Position numbers and translations under genes: made by a program. The notes below the pieces were generated by a model. That model saw nothing but the letters and a program-made list of their open reading frames with translations, ran no database searches and was not told where the DNA came from. Shown here one piece after another: positions 28,156 to 38,025 of a stretch of DNA of 64,000 bases (position 1 is the stretch's first letter; the number at the start of each line of letters is the position of its first letter). Origin of the DNA: Eubacteriales bacterium. GTDB taxonomy: Bacteria; Bacillota; Clostridia; Oscillospirales; CAG-272. Location of the stretch: positions 3,341-67,340 of the forward strand of contig JAZNKD010000038.1 of assembly GCA_045578385.1 (NCBI GenBank), in the 5' to 3' direction.

Positions 28156-29883
28156 TTAAACTTCCGATATCTTTCCTGCGTCAAGCGCATATTCTTCAAG
28201 CTTATGTTTAAGCGAATCTTCATCATTTGCGTGTGCAAGAAGATATATTTTGATTTTAGGCTCTGTTCCGGAAGGACGAACTACTATTTTATCCTCATTA
28301 TCAAGAACGTAGTATAAAACATCAGTAGGCTCAAGTTCCATTTTCTTTGACGTATTATCCGAAAGATTTTTGATTACGCCCGATTCATAATCGCGCGCTT
28401 CAACAACCTTTGCGCCACCAAATCTTTCGGGAATATTATCACGAAGCGACTTCATAACCCTTTTGCGCTTCTCTATTCCGTCAAGTCCTTCCATATAAAT
28501 ATCTATAGTACGCTCTCTAAAGTATCCGTATGTTTTATAAAGTACATCGAGAGCATCAATTAAGGTAAGATTTTTAAGCTTGTAATAAGCTGTCATCTCA
28601 AGAATCATCATAGATGCTCCAACAGCATCCTTATCTCTTGCATATGAACCCAAAAGATAACCGTAGCTTTCTTCAAAGCCAAGAAGGAAGGACTTATCCT
28701 TTCCTTTTGCTTCATATGCTTTAACAACCTCGCCTATGAATTTAAAGCCTGTGTAAACGTCGTAAAGCTTAACTCCGTTAGTTTCGGCGATTTTATATGC
28801 CATATCGGTAGATACTATACTCTTTACGGCAAAAGCATCGGCATCAAGCACACCAAGCGCTCTCTTTTGCGATATAACGTAATCGAGCAAAAGCGCGCCC
28901 ATTTGGTTACCGCTTATCGTTCTGAAAGCACCGTCTTTTCCTCTTGCCATAACTCCTACGCGGTCAGAATCAGGATCGGTTGCTATAACCAAATCCGAGC
29001 CTACCTCGTCAGCTATTTTAATACCATCTGCGAAAACGTCGGGATATTCGGGATTCGGTTTCTTTACCGTGGGGAAGTTTCCGTCGGGCGTCATCTGAGA
29101 ATCAACCGTATAAAGATGCTTAAGTCCCATTTCCTTGAAGACTGCCGGGACAAGCTTATATCCTGCTCCGTGAAGAGGAGAATACACTACCCGAAGCTCA
29201 TCGGAAACTTTCTTTACAAGCTCCGAATTTATCGAAGTTGCAAGAACTGCATCGATATAATGCTTATCAAAGCTTTCATTAAGCACAGTTATAACGCCGG
29301 ACTTTACGCCATCCTCAAAATAATCTGTACCGGACATATCAAGAACGTCGAAGCGCGCAAGCTCTGATGAAACTATACCTGCCTGCTCCGGATTTATCTG
29401 AGCGCCGTCCTCCCAATAAGCCTTATATCCATTATATTCTTTGGGATTATGAGAAGCCGTAATATTGATTCCCGCCATTGCTCCGAAATATCTTACTGCG
29501 AAAGAAAGCTCCGGCGTAGGACGCAAAGAATCGAAAATATAAACCTTTATCCCCTCAGATGCGAGAACAGATGCGCTGACACGCGCAAATACGTCCGAAT
29601 AGTTTCTTGAATCAAAGGCTATTGCAACGCCTCTTTTCTCGCCGCCTGCTTTTTTAATGAGCGCAGCGATTCCCCTGGTTACCTGAGCTACGGTAAAGCG
29701 GTTCATACAACCGATTCCCATATACATCGTAGAACGCAAGCCTGCGGTTCCGAATGACATAGGCTCGGAAAAACGAAGCGCTTTAACGTCTTCAAGGTCT
29801 TTTATTGCGATAAGCTCCTGCCTTTCGTCGTTTGTTAAGATTTTAGAGTTAAGCCATCTTTCATACTCTTTGTTGTAGTTCAT
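28156..29883 (-). CDS. Phosphoglucomutase / phosphomannomutase family protein
   Basis: Contains the active-site motif [14 protein letters not shown] trimmed the start to the ATG at 29883 ([10 protein letters not shown]). Confidence 0.88.
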   Translation of the reverse strand: MNYNKEYERWLNSKILTNDERQELIAIKDLEDVKALRFSEPMSFGTAGLRSTMYMGIGCMNRFTVAQVTRGIAALIKKAGGEKRGVAIAFDSRNYSDVFARVSASVLASEGIKVYIFDSLRPTPELSFAVRYFGAMAGINITASHNPKEYNGYKAYWEDGAQINPEQAGIVSSELARFDVLDMSGTDYFEDGVKSGVITVLNESFDKHYIDAVLATSINSELVKKVSDELRVVYSPLHGAGYKLVPAVFKEMGLKHLYTVDSQMTPDGNFPTVKKPNPEYPDVFADGIKIADEVGSDLVIATDPDSDRVGVMARGKDGAFRTISGNQMGALLLDYVISQKRALGVLDADAFAVKSIVSTDMAYKIAETNGVKLYDVYTGFKFIGEVVKAYEAKGKDKSFLLGFEESYGYLLGSYARDKDAVGASMMILEMTAYYKLKNLTLIDALDVLYKTYGYFRERTIDIYMEGLDGIEKRKRVMKSLRDNIPERFGGAKVVEARDYESGVIKNLSDNTSKKMELEPTDVLYYVLDNEDKIVVRPSGTEPKIKIYLLAHANDEDSLKHKLEEYALDAGKISEV

Positions 29884-29929
29884 AAAAATTACTTTCCATC
29901 CTTTCGGTAAAATTAGTACTGAAAATAAA

Positions 29930-30190
29930 TTATTCGGCCGAAGCGATTGCAGCTTCGATAGCTTTTGCAAGCTGATCGGGACAAGAAGTAGGCTTGAATC
30001 CGCACTTTATTCCCTTGAGTCTTTCAACTACGTCTTCGGTCTTCATTCCGATAACCAATGAAGCAACTCCAAGCGTATTTCCCGCGCACCCTCCAACGAA
30101 TTTACAATCTGTTACCACGTCGTCTTCAATATCAAGAATTACCATTTTTGAACAAGTTCCGCTCGTTTTGTATTCTATGTGCTTTTTCAT
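29930..30190 (-). CDS. TSCPD-domain small protein (TIGR03905-like)
   Basis: 86 aa with TSGTCSK...FVGGCAGN...TSCPDQLAKA. The start is at 30190, after AAGGAGGG. Confidence 0.7.
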   Translation of the reverse strand: MKKHIEYKTSGTCSKMVILDIEDDVVTDCKFVGGCAGNTLGVASLVIGMKTEDVVERLKGIKCGFKPTSCPDQLAKAIEAAIASAE

Positions 30191-30206
30191 AAAAATACCC
30201 TCCTTG

Positions 30207-31157
30207 TTATTCAATATTTTTATATATACCAACGGGAATATAGGATCCCGCAAATATATTCAAATATGTAAGAAAATCCGCAAAGGATTTGCTTCCGTCT
30301 TTTAAAATCAAAGTATAGTTTATTTCTCCGTCTGCTGAAAAATCAACGGTTGTATCAACGCTAAACACAGATATCGAGAGATACTCTGCTGCAGAGATAA
30401 GCTCACCTAGTGTTATCGGGGCAGCTTTACTGATACTTATTTCAAGATACCTATCCGTTGCGTTATCTCTTGGCGGAATAACAAATCCGCGCCCCACGAG
30501 CACGTACTTCATATCGGCGTTGCCCTCGAAACCAAATACAGGAGTTATCGCAACAATCTTGAGATCGAGTGACGAGATAAGCGAGGAAATAGTGTTAATA
30601 CGCGCGCCCTTTTCTTCGAAAGGCAGAATACAGTAACCGACCTTTCCTTCGGAAACTCTGAGGCAGGCTTCCTTGAAGCTATCGGAATAAACGATTCTGG
30701 GATCGGAAAATTCCTGCGAAAAAACATCAAACGCCTCATCGGAAAGCGAGTTTTTTACATAAGTAAAGGTTTCTGCGATTTTCATAACGGGAAGGTAATC
30801 TCTTTCGCTTACGTGAATACCCATCTCTCCAAGCTTTTCATTCAGAAGCGAAGCAAAAATTGCTTTATTAAGATTTGAAACACCCGAAATAAAGTTTTTT
30901 GAATTTAACGTTGACAGCTCTCCGTTTTCATCGTCCGAAAGCGTTCTTGTTAGATACATTTCCTCAGCAAGAAGCGACGTCGCCTCATTAACCGTAACGC
31001 CGTCCTTATTAATCGCAGCTATATCAGAAGCCACCTGCGATGCCGCAAAACTTAATTCACAAGCGGAAAGCTCGTGCAAATTTCCCATATCGCGAAGTAT
31101 ACCGTCAATATTTGAAAGGGTCGTACTATTCAATTCAAAGATTGTTTCACCTTGCAT
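30207..31157 (-). CDS. Hypothetical protein whose C-terminal half resembles a prephenate-dehydratase/ACT fold
   Basis: 316 aa. VGYCILPFEEKGARINTISSLI and a later ACT-like segment (RYLEISISK...LGELISAAEYLSISVFSVDT) are suggestive only. Confidence 0.4.
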   Translation of the reverse strand: MQGETIFELNSTTLSNIDGILRDMGNLHELSACELSFAASQVASDIAAINKDGVTVNEATSLLAEEMYLTRTLSDDENGELSTLNSKNFISGVSNLNKAIFASLLNEKLGEMGIHVSERDYLPVMKIAETFTYVKNSLSDEAFDVFSQEFSDPRIVYSDSFKEACLRVSEGKVGYCILPFEEKGARINTISSLISSLDLKIVAITPVFGFEGNADMKYVLVGRGFVIPPRDNATDRYLEISISKAAPITLGELISAAEYLSISVFSVDTTVDFSADGEINYTLILKDGSKSFADFLTYLNIFAGSYIPVGIYKNIE

Positions 31158-31354
31158 TTCCTATACCCCGATCTCCCCGAGTAATTTGAGCCTTATACTT
31201 TCAATCTAAAACTAATAAGCACTATATCACTATAAATTATACAATAAATCTTTTTAAAAAACAATAGCGTTTTTATAATTTATCCATTTTTTTAAAAAAA
31301 GATATTGATTTTTCTGACAGCCTATGATATAATATACAGCGTTGCAGAGTATAT

Positions 31355-31441
31355 GCCGGTGTGGTGGAATTGGCAGACGCCCGGGACTCAAAATCCCGTG
31401 TTCGCAAGGACGTGCGGGTTCGACCCCCGCCACCGGCACCA
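31355..31441 (+). tRNA. tRNA-Leu (anticodon CAA), long variable arm, CCA encoded
   Basis: Acceptor GCCGGTG/CACCGGC, anticodon loop CTCAAAA, variable arm CGTGTTCGCAAGGACG and T arm GCGGGTTCGACCCCCGC. A TTGATT-N17-TATAAT promoter lies upstream. Confidence 0.9.
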
Positions 31442-31512
31442 AAAAAGTCGTATCGATATGGTGTGTACGCAATGGACAGTGTTAGATTATAACATTATCT
31501 ACCTACAGGGAA

Positions 31513-31549
31513 ATGACAGAGAACGTAAACCGTTCTCTGTCATTTTTTC
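31513..31549 (+). terminator. Intrinsic terminator after tRNA-Leu
   Basis: ATGACAGAGAACG/CGTTCTCTGTCAT stem plus TTTTTT. Confidence 0.8.
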
Positions 31550-31859
31550 TTGCCCCAGCACTGCATTTATGTACACAAATACGAAATGGTGAATTGAAGC
31601 CGTATGGCTTCATAATTTAAAATCTGCCAATTCCATAAGATGAATTGCCATATTATTCAATGCCACAGACAATTCATGCGCAACAGGCGCAGCTCGCGGC
31701 GTAATCCAATACACGCCCATAAGGGCAATTCATTGCTTTGTGCCATTAAGTACACAAAGCAATGGATACGGCTTTTTTATTGTAAAACTGTCTATTTTGC
31801 GAATATCTCCTGAAGCTCCCTATCCTTAATCGTTCCGTAGAGCATAATTGAAATCCCCC

Positions 31860-32339
31860 TTACGAGCTTTGCTTTGATGAGCCGTTAATTCTTTTAACTG
31901 CCCTCGCTACGTATCTTTCAATAAATTCCTGTTTTTTGAACTCGTCTTTATACATAAAAATGTCGAATATTATAAGACATATCGGAACTACGTTAAAGCC
32001 CTGATTAATTATGCACATAGCAACGAAAAAAGCGAACATAAGAAATAATAACGTGTGAAATATCGGAGCTGTCATAATAACTCCTTTAAACTCCGTATAT
32101 CCGTTCTTTTCCACTATTTTTCCGTGAAGCTTAGTTCCATCGATAAAGGCATTATCCTTTGTTGTTCCGCCGATAAATTCGCAGCTTATTTTAATCTTTT
32201 CTCCGTTTGACGAAACGTGCATATGCGGAGCTCCTTTTTTATGAGAGCAATTACAGAATTTATTTACTTTCTCATTATCTGACAGTAAATCTATAAGCTC
32301 CTCACGCGGAGCGTTTACTCTATATTTAAAAGCTTTCAT
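31860..32339 (-). CDS. Hypothetical membrane protein
   Basis: 159 aa with a soluble N-terminal half and two TM segments (APIFHTLLFLMFAFFVAMCII, VVPICLIIFDIF). I recognise no family. Confidence 0.5.
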   Translation of the reverse strand: MKAFKYRVNAPREELIDLLSDNEKVNKFCNCSHKKGAPHMHVSSNGEKIKISCEFIGGTTKDNAFIDGTKLHGKIVEKNGYTEFKGVIMTAPIFHTLLFLMFAFFVAMCIINQGFNVVPICLIIFDIFMYKDEFKKQEFIERYVARAVKRINGSSKQSS

Positions 32340-32440
32340 TTTCTCGTCAATCCATACAAATATAAATGATAATCCGAAGTCTCGGAATTACGGCGCCTTA
32401 AATTCCCTCTATATGCCCTGCGTGAAATACGTATATACGT

Positions 32441-34843
32441 TTAGTGCTTAAGCTCTATAACGGTAACGCCTGCATCACCGTCTCCGTATTCTGCATGCTT
32501 ATAGGACTTAATGCGTTTATCCTGCTTAAAATATTTCCAAAGTGCAGCCCGCAAAGCGCCCGTTCCCTTACCGTGAATAATTCTTACGGACGGAACGTTT
32601 GCAAGAATTGCGTCATCAAGATATTTATCAACGACAAACCAAGCGTCGTCGCCAATCATTCCCCTAACGTCAACCTCTATTCTAAATTCGGAAACTATGG
32701 ATTTTTTCACCTTTCCCTCGCCGGCTGCAAGCGGCTTTTTCTTTTCCTTGAATTTAGTATTGCCGTCGATAAGTCTGAGCTTATCCTCGGTTACCTTTGT
32801 CTTGAGTATACCTGCAGTAACCGATATCAAGCCTTTTTTATCGGCAAGTGCCGTTACAGTACCCTCGGTACCGACGGTTGTAACGTAGACCTTATCTCCC
32901 ACCTTCAAGGGACGCGGCAGATTATAATCTTCATCTAAAGATATAACCTTAACGTCGATTCCCGAGTACATATCCTCGCACTCGCGCAGACTTTCGCGCA
33001 CCTTTTCTCTGGCTTCAAGCATAAGCCTATCTCTTATTTCTTTATCCTCAGCTTTCTTAACTTCTTCAAGCTGCCTGAATATAAACTCACTTGAAGCTCT
33101 AGCACTGTCCAAAATCTGCCTAGCTTTAAGTAGTGTTTTTTGAGTTTCGTCCTCGCTCTTGGCAATTCTTCTTTTCAACTCCTCCTCGGAAGTCTGTTTG
33201 AAGGCTTCATAGTCGGAGCGCATTTTTTCAGCTTCTTCACGAGCCTCTTCCATTTTCATTCTGTCGGTATCAAGTCTCTCGATAACGTCCTCGAAGCGTT
33301 TATTTTCACGAGCTATAAGCTCGCCTGCGCGCTCTATTACGTCTTTTGACAAGCCGAGCTTCTCTGATATTGCAAATGCGTTGGATTTTCCGGGTGTACC
33401 GATAACAAGCTTATACGTAGGTCTTAAGGTATCTATATTAAATTCGCAGGAAGCATTCTGCACACGGGGTGTATCCAACGCGTATGCTTTAAGCTCTGCG
33501 TAATGCGTTGTTGCCAGCGTCATAGCGCCAAGCTTCTGAGTCCTTTCAAGTATAGCTATAGCAAGTGCCGCGCCCTCGATAGGGTCGGTACCCGAGCCAA
33601 GCTCGTCAAAAAGAACCATAGTATGCGGCCCGAGATTTTCAAGAATATTTACTACGTTCACCATATGAGATGAGAATGTAGAAAGCGAAGCTTCTATGCT
33701 CTGCTCGTCCCCGATGTCAACGAGAATTCCCTCAAATACGCCTATTTCGGAAGTTTCTAGCGCGGGCACCTGAAGTCCCGATTGAGCCATAAGGGTAAGC
33801 AGACCGACGGTTTTTAAGCTTACGGTTTTACCACCCGTATTAGGTCCCGTTATTACAAGAGTATCATAACCGGAGCCAACAGAAACGTCTATCGGCACGA
33901 CCTTGTCCTTATCAAGCAGTGGGTGACGCGCACGCTTTAAGTTAACACTTCTCTCGCGCGTTATTCTCGGCATCTCTGCTTTCATAGATATAGCCAATGA
34001 AGCGCAGGCAAAAATAAAGGCAATTTCGGTTATATTATGGTAATTAAGTGTAATAAGAGATGATGCATCGGCGCAATCCGCAGAAAGTGAAGCGAGTATT
34101 CTCTCTATTTCATATTTTTCCTTTGCGGCAAGGCTCTTTAGCTCGTTATTCGCATCAACTACAGCCATCGGCTCTACGAAAAGCGTAGCTCCCGTAGACG
34201 ACGTATCGTGTACAAGACCCTTTATCTCGTTTCTGAATTCTGCTTTTACGGGCACAACGTATCTTCCGTTACGCATAGTAACAAGGTTTTCCTGAAGATA
34301 CCTGAGCTTATTTCCGCCGATATAGCCTTGCAAAGTTTCTTTTATTTTATTATTTGCAATACGTATCTTGCGTCTGATATCGGCAAGCTCAGGGCTTGCC
34401 TCATCTGCTATCATATCCTCCGAAATGATAGATTTCTTTATTCTGTCCTCAAGGCTTCTTGAAACGAGTATTCTGTCAAAGAGTTCGTCGAGAGCAGTAT
34501 CGAAAAGTTTATCTGTTTTTATATAATCCTGGAGCATTCTTGCGCTGTAAAGCAACGATGCTATATCAAGAAGCTCCTTAGGAGACAATACGGCTCCTTT
34601 ATAAGCACGCTCAGCAGCAGGAGAAACGCTCTCCGGCGCACTGAACGGCGGATATCCCTTTGCATTTATAAGCCTTTTGGCATCATCCGTTCTTCTCTGA
34701 CGTAAAAGAACAGTATCAAAATCATCTGTTGGCATCAGGGCAAGCGCCTTTGCCTTCGCTCCGTCCGTTGCTGCCATTTCGGAAAGAAGCGCCGTTATTT
34801 TATCATACTCCAAGGTTGAAAGTGTTTTTGCTGTAAAATACAT
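32441..34843 (-). CDS. mutS2: Endonuclease MutS2
   Basis: 800 aa with the Walker A motif ITGPNTGGKT, a long coiled-coil linker and a C-terminal Smr domain (VDVRGM...IHGKGTGALR). Confidence 0.95.
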   Translation of the reverse strand: MYFTAKTLSTLEYDKITALLSEMAATDGAKAKALALMPTDDFDTVLLRQRRTDDAKRLINAKGYPPFSAPESVSPAAERAYKGAVLSPKELLDIASLLYSARMLQDYIKTDKLFDTALDELFDRILVSRSLEDRIKKSIISEDMIADEASPELADIRRKIRIANNKIKETLQGYIGGNKLRYLQENLVTMRNGRYVVPVKAEFRNEIKGLVHDTSSTGATLFVEPMAVVDANNELKSLAAKEKYEIERILASLSADCADASSLITLNYHNITEIAFIFACASLAISMKAEMPRITRERSVNLKRARHPLLDKDKVVPIDVSVGSGYDTLVITGPNTGGKTVSLKTVGLLTLMAQSGLQVPALETSEIGVFEGILVDIGDEQSIEASLSTFSSHMVNVVNILENLGPHTMVLFDELGSGTDPIEGAALAIAILERTQKLGAMTLATTHYAELKAYALDTPRVQNASCEFNIDTLRPTYKLVIGTPGKSNAFAISEKLGLSKDVIERAGELIARENKRFEDVIERLDTDRMKMEEAREEAEKMRSDYEAFKQTSEEELKRRIAKSEDETQKTLLKARQILDSARASSEFIFRQLEEVKKAEDKEIRDRLMLEAREKVRESLRECEDMYSGIDVKVISLDEDYNLPRPLKVGDKVYVTTVGTEGTVTALADKKGLISVTAGILKTKVTEDKLRLIDGNTKFKEKKKPLAAGEGKVKKSIVSEFRIEVDVRGMIGDDAWFVVDKYLDDAILANVPSVRIIHGKGTGALRAALWKYFKQDKRIKSYKHAEYGDGDAGVTVIELKH

Positions 34844-35619
34844 CAGCGTTTAACCTCTTTATAAAATTCAAGTGATTTAAATGTTCTCTCAAGCTGATTC
34901 AGTAAATACTCCTCGGTCGCTTTAACGAGCAATTCCATATCCTCGTCCGATATATTGAATGCGAAAATTCTTTCAAGCGGACTGTGAATAAGATATCCGA
35001 GCGCGGTTTTTGCACCCTCGGACAGTATTTTTACTACGCGCCTTTCACCGTCGTCAAAATTTCCGCCGGTTTCTTTCATTATTCTGTCATGACAGGCGTA
35101 GCACTCTATATTCCCGTCCATTATATCAAAGAAGAAGTCTCCCCCGTGTTCTCCGCACTCTCGGCAGGCTAACACCTCGGGCATAAAGCCTATAATGGAT
35201 ACAGCTCTGATTTCAAATGCCGCCTTTATCTTTTCGAGTGAATATTTCTTTTCGGAAATCGCATAAAGCGAATTGAGCGCAAGTCTTAAAAGATCGCCCT
35301 CCGATTCTGCAGTCGTAACGTCCGAAAGAACCTCGACTATGTATCCCGCAAGACTTAATCCCTCTATCGAATCGCGCAATCCGAAAAAGCTCTCGATAAG
35401 GTTCGATTCGCGCACCCAATACTTGTCCCCTTTTTTGTAAAGCACCATCGACGAGTAGCAAAATTGCTGGGTAGCAGACATATTGCGGTTTTTCAGAGAG
35501 CGCGCGCCCTTAACAAGCGCGCTGACTGTTCCGAGCTCTTTAGTAAACACCGTTATAAGCCTATCCGCTTCGCCAAGGTTTACGCTTTTCAAAACAAGAC
35601 CGGTAATTTCGGTAAGCAT
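34843..35619 (-). CDS. recO: DNA repair protein RecO
   Basis: Contains GLVLKSVNLGEADRLITVFT (OB fold) and a C4 zinc motif CRECG...CYAC. The start is at the ATG 35619, after AAGAGGA. Its stop overlaps the mutS2 ATG (ATGA). Confidence 0.9.
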   Translation of the reverse strand: MLTEITGLVLKSVNLGEADRLITVFTKELGTVSALVKGARSLKNRNMSATQQFCYSSMVLYKKGDKYWVRESNLIESFFGLRDSIEGLSLAGYIVEVLSDVTTAESEGDLLRLALNSLYAISEKKYSLEKIKAAFEIRAVSIIGFMPEVLACRECGEHGGDFFFDIMDGNIECYACHDRIMKETGGNFDDGERRVVKILSEGAKTALGYLIHSPLERIFAFNISDEDMELLVKATEEYLLNQLERTFKSLEFYKEVKR

Positions 35620-35620
35620 A

Positions 35621-36505
35621 TCAGTCCTCTTTAAATCCAAGATTTGCTATATTAAAATCGCTCTCGCGCCAATTTTCTTTAACTCTTACGTAAAGGTCGA
35701 GAAATACTTTAGTATCGAGAAGCTGCTCTATATCCTCTCTCGCATAGCTTCCGATTCTCTTTATCGACGCTCCGTTTTTACCTATTATAATTCCTTTATG
35801 AGTGGCTTTTTCGCAATAAATCTCGGCTCTGATAGAAACCCGACCTTTCTTTTCCTTCCACTCCTCGATAACAACCGCAGTTCCGTGGGGTATCTCCTCA
35901 TCAAGAGTGCGAAGAAGCTTCTCTCGTATAATCTCTGCAACCATCTGACGCTCAGGCTGGTCGGTAACTATCTCATCCGAGAAAAACCATACGCTCTCGT
36001 TAAGATAACGGCGGCACTCCTCTACAACTATATCAACACCCTTTCCGTTCTTTGCGGAAATCGGTATAACACTGTCAAAATCAAAAGCCGACGAATAAGC
36101 CTTTATTGTTTTTACGATATTTTCAGGCTGAACCGTGTCCACTTTATTTATAACGAGAACTGCTCCTACACCTTTTGCTTTGATGCCCTTTATGATATCA
36201 GCCTCAATATCGCCGACTTCTTCTCGCGCCTCAACTACCAATATTACTCCGTCAACGCCTCCTATGGTATCGTTCGTCGTCTTAACCATAAAATCGCCGA
36301 GCTTTGTTCTGGGCTTATGAAGTCCGGGAGTATCAAGGAAAACGAACTGCTCCTCACCAACCGTATGTATACCGGTGATTCTGTTTCTTGTGGTCTGAGG
36401 CTTCTTCGATACTATTGCTACCTTCTCTCCGATTATCGAGTTAAGAAGCGTCGATTTTCCTACGTTGGGACGTCCTACTATTGCTATAAATCCTGTTTTT
36501 GTCAT
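35621..36505 (-). CDS. era: GTPase Era
   Basis: GRPNVGKSTL, DTPG and NKVD motifs with a C-terminal KH domain. Confidence 0.96.
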   Translation of the reverse strand: MTKTGFIAIVGRPNVGKSTLLNSIIGEKVAIVSKKPQTTRNRITGIHTVGEEQFVFLDTPGLHKPRTKLGDFMVKTTNDTIGGVDGVILVVEAREEVGDIEADIIKGIKAKGVGAVLVINKVDTVQPENIVKTIKAYSSAFDFDSVIPISAKNGKGVDIVVEECRRYLNESVWFFSDEIVTDQPERQMVAEIIREKLLRTLDEEIPHGTAVVIEEWKEKKGRVSIRAEIYCEKATHKGIIIGKNGASIKRIGSYAREDIEQLLDTKVFLDLYVRVKENWRESDFNIANLGFKED

Positions 36506-36515
36506 TTATTTCTCC

Positions 36516-36989
36516 TTAAAAAATCGAGTCTATTATTTCCTTTTGAAACCTGCACTGAAGCTCGTCCTCTTCTTCGCTTCTCTCGTGGTCATACCCCAAA
36601 AGATGAAGCGTCGAATGAACTGAGAGGAAGCTTACCTCGCGTAAAAAGCTGTTTCCAAGCTCCTCCGCCTGCTCTTTAGCTCTCGGAACTGATATAACTA
36701 TATCTCCGAGCGCCGCGCCAAGCTGACATTCCTCCGGGTCGAACTCTCCGTCCTCGTAAAGCGGAAACGACAAAACGTCCGTAGGTCTGTCAACCCCCCT
36801 GAATTTTTTGTTTAAGTTATGAATATGTTCCCGAGAGCAAAAAGTCACGGAAACCTCAGCAGGATATTTAAAACCTTCTCTTGCGAGCGTTTCAAATATC
36901 GCCTCTCTGACCGCAAGCTTTAATTCGTAATCTATCTCCGGAAATTTTTCGGTTGCGGAGAAATTTATATATAAATCGCGATGCATCAT
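36516..36989 (-). CDS. ybeY: rRNA maturation endoribonuclease YbeY
   Basis: Contains the zinc motif HSTLHLLGYDH. Confidence 0.93.
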   Translation of the reverse strand: MMHRDLYINFSATEKFPEIDYELKLAVREAIFETLAREGFKYPAEVSVTFCSREHIHNLNKKFRGVDRPTDVLSFPLYEDGEFDPEECQLGAALGDIVISVPRAKEQAEELGNSFLREVSFLSVHSTLHLLGYDHERSEEEDELQCRFQKEIIDSIF

Positions 36990-38005
36990 ACTTCACCGTC
37001 CTTTTTTATATTTGCTCTGTACTTTTTTGCCGCCTGGTTCTTTTCGTACTTTTCGTATGCTCCTATTATTTTTCTTACAAGGTGATGACGGACTACGTCG
37101 CGCTCGGTAAACTTAAATATTGAAATCCCCTCTATGCCTTCAAGCACGGCAGTTGCAATCGAAAGTCCGCTCTTTTTTCCGAAAGGAAGGTCGGTCTGCG
37201 AGAGGTCACCGGTTACTACCGCTTTTGAATTAAAGCCAAGACGGGTAAGAAACATTTTCATCTGCTCGGGCGTGGTATTCTGAGCCTCATCGAGAATGAT
37301 GAACGAGTCGTCAAGCGTTCTTCCGCGCATATACGCAAGAGGGGCAATTTCTATCGTGCCTCTTTCGATGTATTTCTGATAATTTTCCGCGCCCAGCATT
37401 TCAAAAAGCGAATCATAAAGCGGCCTCAGATAAGGATCTATCTTGCTTTGAAGATCTCCCGGTAAAAATCCGAGGCGCTCGCCCGCTTCGACGGCAGGTC
37501 TTGTAAGAATTATTCTGTTAACCGATTTATCTCTCAGCGCTTCAACCGCCATTGCTACGGCAAGGAAGGTCTTTCCCGTTCCTGCAGGACCTATACCCAG
37601 AACTACGGTATTCTTCTTTATTGCATCTATATACTTTTTCTGACCTATCGTCTTTGCTTTGATGGGCTTTCCTCTGTTCGTAACGCATATAACGTTACCC
37701 GTATGCCCCTCTGCCTCTCCGTCAAGCCCGTCGCGGACAAGGCTGATAACGTATTCTATGCTTTCCTGACTGATGCTCTCGCCATCTCCTATCATACGTT
37801 TAAGATATTCAAGGGTCCGCACGGCGAAATCCACGTTATCGTTCTCCCCCGTGACGACGACGGCATCGCCCGAATCTGAATCAGAGTTTCTGTTTGAGAG
37901 CTTGACGTCAAATGACTTTTCTATAAGCCTTGCATTAATATCAAAAGCACCGAAAAGTGCGGAGGTTGCTTCGCTTGATTGTGTCATTACTATTTTTTCA
38001 GCCAT
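36986..38005 (-). CDS. phoH: PhoH-family ATPase
   Basis: GPAGTGKTFLAVA Walker A and IILDEAQN Walker B, upstream of ybeY as in Bacillus. Confidence 0.92.
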   Translation of the reverse strand: MAEKIVMTQSSEATSALFGAFDINARLIEKSFDVKLSNRNSDSDSGDAVVVTGENDNVDFAVRTLEYLKRMIGDGESISQESIEYVISLVRDGLDGEAEGHTGNVICVTNRGKPIKAKTIGQKKYIDAIKKNTVVLGIGPAGTGKTFLAVAMAVEALRDKSVNRIILTRPAVEAGERLGFLPGDLQSKIDPYLRPLYDSLFEMLGAENYQKYIERGTIEIAPLAYMRGRTLDDSFIILDEAQNTTPEQMKMFLTRLGFNSKAVVTGDLSQTDLPFGKKSGLSIATAVLEGIEGISIFKFTERDVVRHHLVRKIIGAYEKYEKNQAAKKYRANIKKDGEV

Positions 38006-38025
38006 TTTATATCCTTTCGAACATC

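Noticed and set aside
31254-31592. Two ORFs (72 aa on the minus strand, 95 aa on the plus strand) around 31.3-31.6 kb.
   Set aside because: Both overlap tRNA-Leu(CAA) and its promoter and terminator, so they are not credible coding regions.
35483-36679. A 398-aa ORF on the plus strand, the longest unassigned ORF in the track.
   Set aside because: It lies entirely antisense to the unmistakable era and recO genes. Its translation is low-complexity (Ser/Leu/Tyr/Phe-rich) with no motif and no RBS. This is a typical shadow ORF.
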